Positions 63,193 to 64,000 of a stretch of 64,000 nt of DNA are shown in pieces. Source of the stretch: a virus. The position numbers and the translations under genes are program-made. The DNA lies in the IMG/VR virus record IMGVR_UViG_3300033145_000192, positions 96,001 to 160,000 of that record, one strand, 5' to 3'. How positions within the stretch are numbered: the first letter of the stretch is position 1; each line of letters opens with the position of its first letter. The notes beneath the pieces were generated by a model, which was given only the letters and a program-made list of their open reading frames with translations, searched no databases and had not been told where the DNA came from.

Positions 63193-63924
63193 GTGAACGA
63201 TATCACCACAAACAAGGGTTCCGAGTGTTCGTGCGGAGACTGCCAGAGCATGTGTAACCGTCCATGCTGGCCGACGCCCGAGGAAGCCAAGCGGCTTATC
63301 GAGGCGGGCTTTGGCGACAAGCTAATGCTCGACCATTGGGTCGGAAACCCGAAGGACGACGACGTGGATTGGGAGGATTACTGCGGCGATACCAGAATCC
63401 TCAGCCCCGCGTGCCAGGGTAGCGAAAAGCGCCGAGCGCCGTTCTGGCCCGAGGGACGTTGCACCATGCAAAACGAGCAGGGGCTTTGCCGCCTGCATAC
63501 GTTCGAGGGGCTGAAGCCCATTGAGGGACGTTTGGCCGCTTGCCATGACGGTCCCGACGATACCCCGTCAAACCTCCACCAAGAGGTTGCGAAGCTCTGG
63601 GCTAACCCCGAAGCGCAGAAGCTCTGCGACGAGTGGGACGATATGGTGAACGAGGATACTCTGCCTGCCCTGAAGGACGAGTATCGCGAGAGTGAGCCCG
63701 AGGTTTACTCCGTGGACGACGAGGTTGAGGTAAAGCGAACTAACGGGGAGTGGACCAGGGGGACTATTCACCGGATTCAGCCGCTCGGATACGTCTACGG
63801 CAACGTCTACACCGTAAAGGTGGCGTTGGACGAGGAGCACTATATCAATGCTCGGGGATACTATCCCCCGCAGAAGCACGGTTACAAGTGCAACATACCG
63901 CCGACCGATATTCGGCGCGTGTAG
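63193..63924 (+). CDS. YkgJ-like (CxxCxxC, zinc/Fe-S-chelating) protein with a C-terminal Tudor/SH3-like domain
   Basis: CSCGDCQSMCNRPC...CTMQNEQGLCRLH...KP. AGGAGAG RBS with GTG start. Confidence 0.62.
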   Translation: MNDITTNKGSECSCGDCQSMCNRPCWPTPEEAKRLIEAGFGDKLMLDHWVGNPKDDDVDWEDYCGDTRILSPACQGSEKRRAPFWPEGRCTMQNEQGLCRLHTFEGLKPIEGRLAACHDGPDDTPSNLHQEVAKLWANPEAQKLCDEWDDMVNEDTLPALKDEYRESEPEVYSVDDEVEVKRTNGEWTRGTIHRIQPLGYVYGNVYTVKVALDEEHYINARGYYPPQKHGYKCNIPPTDIRRV

Positions 63925-63927
63925 CGA

Positions 63928-64000
63928 ATGGACAATATCCGAACCGACTACCTGAGCGACGTGTTCTATCCAGAGACGTTCAAGGCGGCGGTCGATAAGG
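63928..64000 (+). CDS. Start of a further ORF (partial)
   Basis: MDNIRTDYLSDVFYPETFKAAVDK, open to the window edge. Confidence 0.5.
   Translation, partial: MDNIRTDYLSDVFYPETFKAAVDK

Noticed and set aside
1-64000. Stop-codon reassignment (code 15 or 4), suggested by the phage release factor
   Set aside because: Large genes are intact in the standard code and TAG, TGA and TAA all terminate genes at sensible boundaries. The single in-frame TAG in the RF gene is resolved by a frame change, not readthrough.

Overview
Segment of a large tailed dsDNA bacteriophage genome. It uses the standard genetic code, and no tail sheath gene is recognisable here, so it looks siphovirus-like. Positions 1-51.8 kb are one minus-strand block which, in transcription order, runs: an RF1-like release factor; class II ribonucleotide reductase; a sigma-like factor; packaging genes (TerS candidate, ERCC4 nuclease, TerL, portal); head genes (with an AT-hook protein and two sulfotransferase-like genes inserted among the packaging/head genes); neck and tail genes (tape measure split by a frameshift, large carbohydrate-binding RBP); then a sigma70-driven replication and nucleotide module (MazG, RecA, DnaB, DnaG, 5'-nucleotidase, dATP/dGTP diphosphohydrolase). 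From about 52 kb the genes switch to the plus strand: short, early-type unknown ORFs in more GC-rich DNA. Highlights: (1) the release factor carries a prfB-type +1 frameshift cassette (AGGAG-CAT-CTT-TAG-C) whose sensor codon is UAG, matching its RF1-type PxT specificity; (2) an ORF-poor, hairpin-dense unit of about 880 nt between a sigma54-like promoter and an intrinsic terminator is a candidate large ornate ncRNA; (3) about ten tRNA-like or T-loop structures sit between the early genes; (4) there is a dense 11-bp repeat field; (5) three promoter classes are visible. All calls come from reading the sequence and recalling motifs; no searches or folding programs were run.
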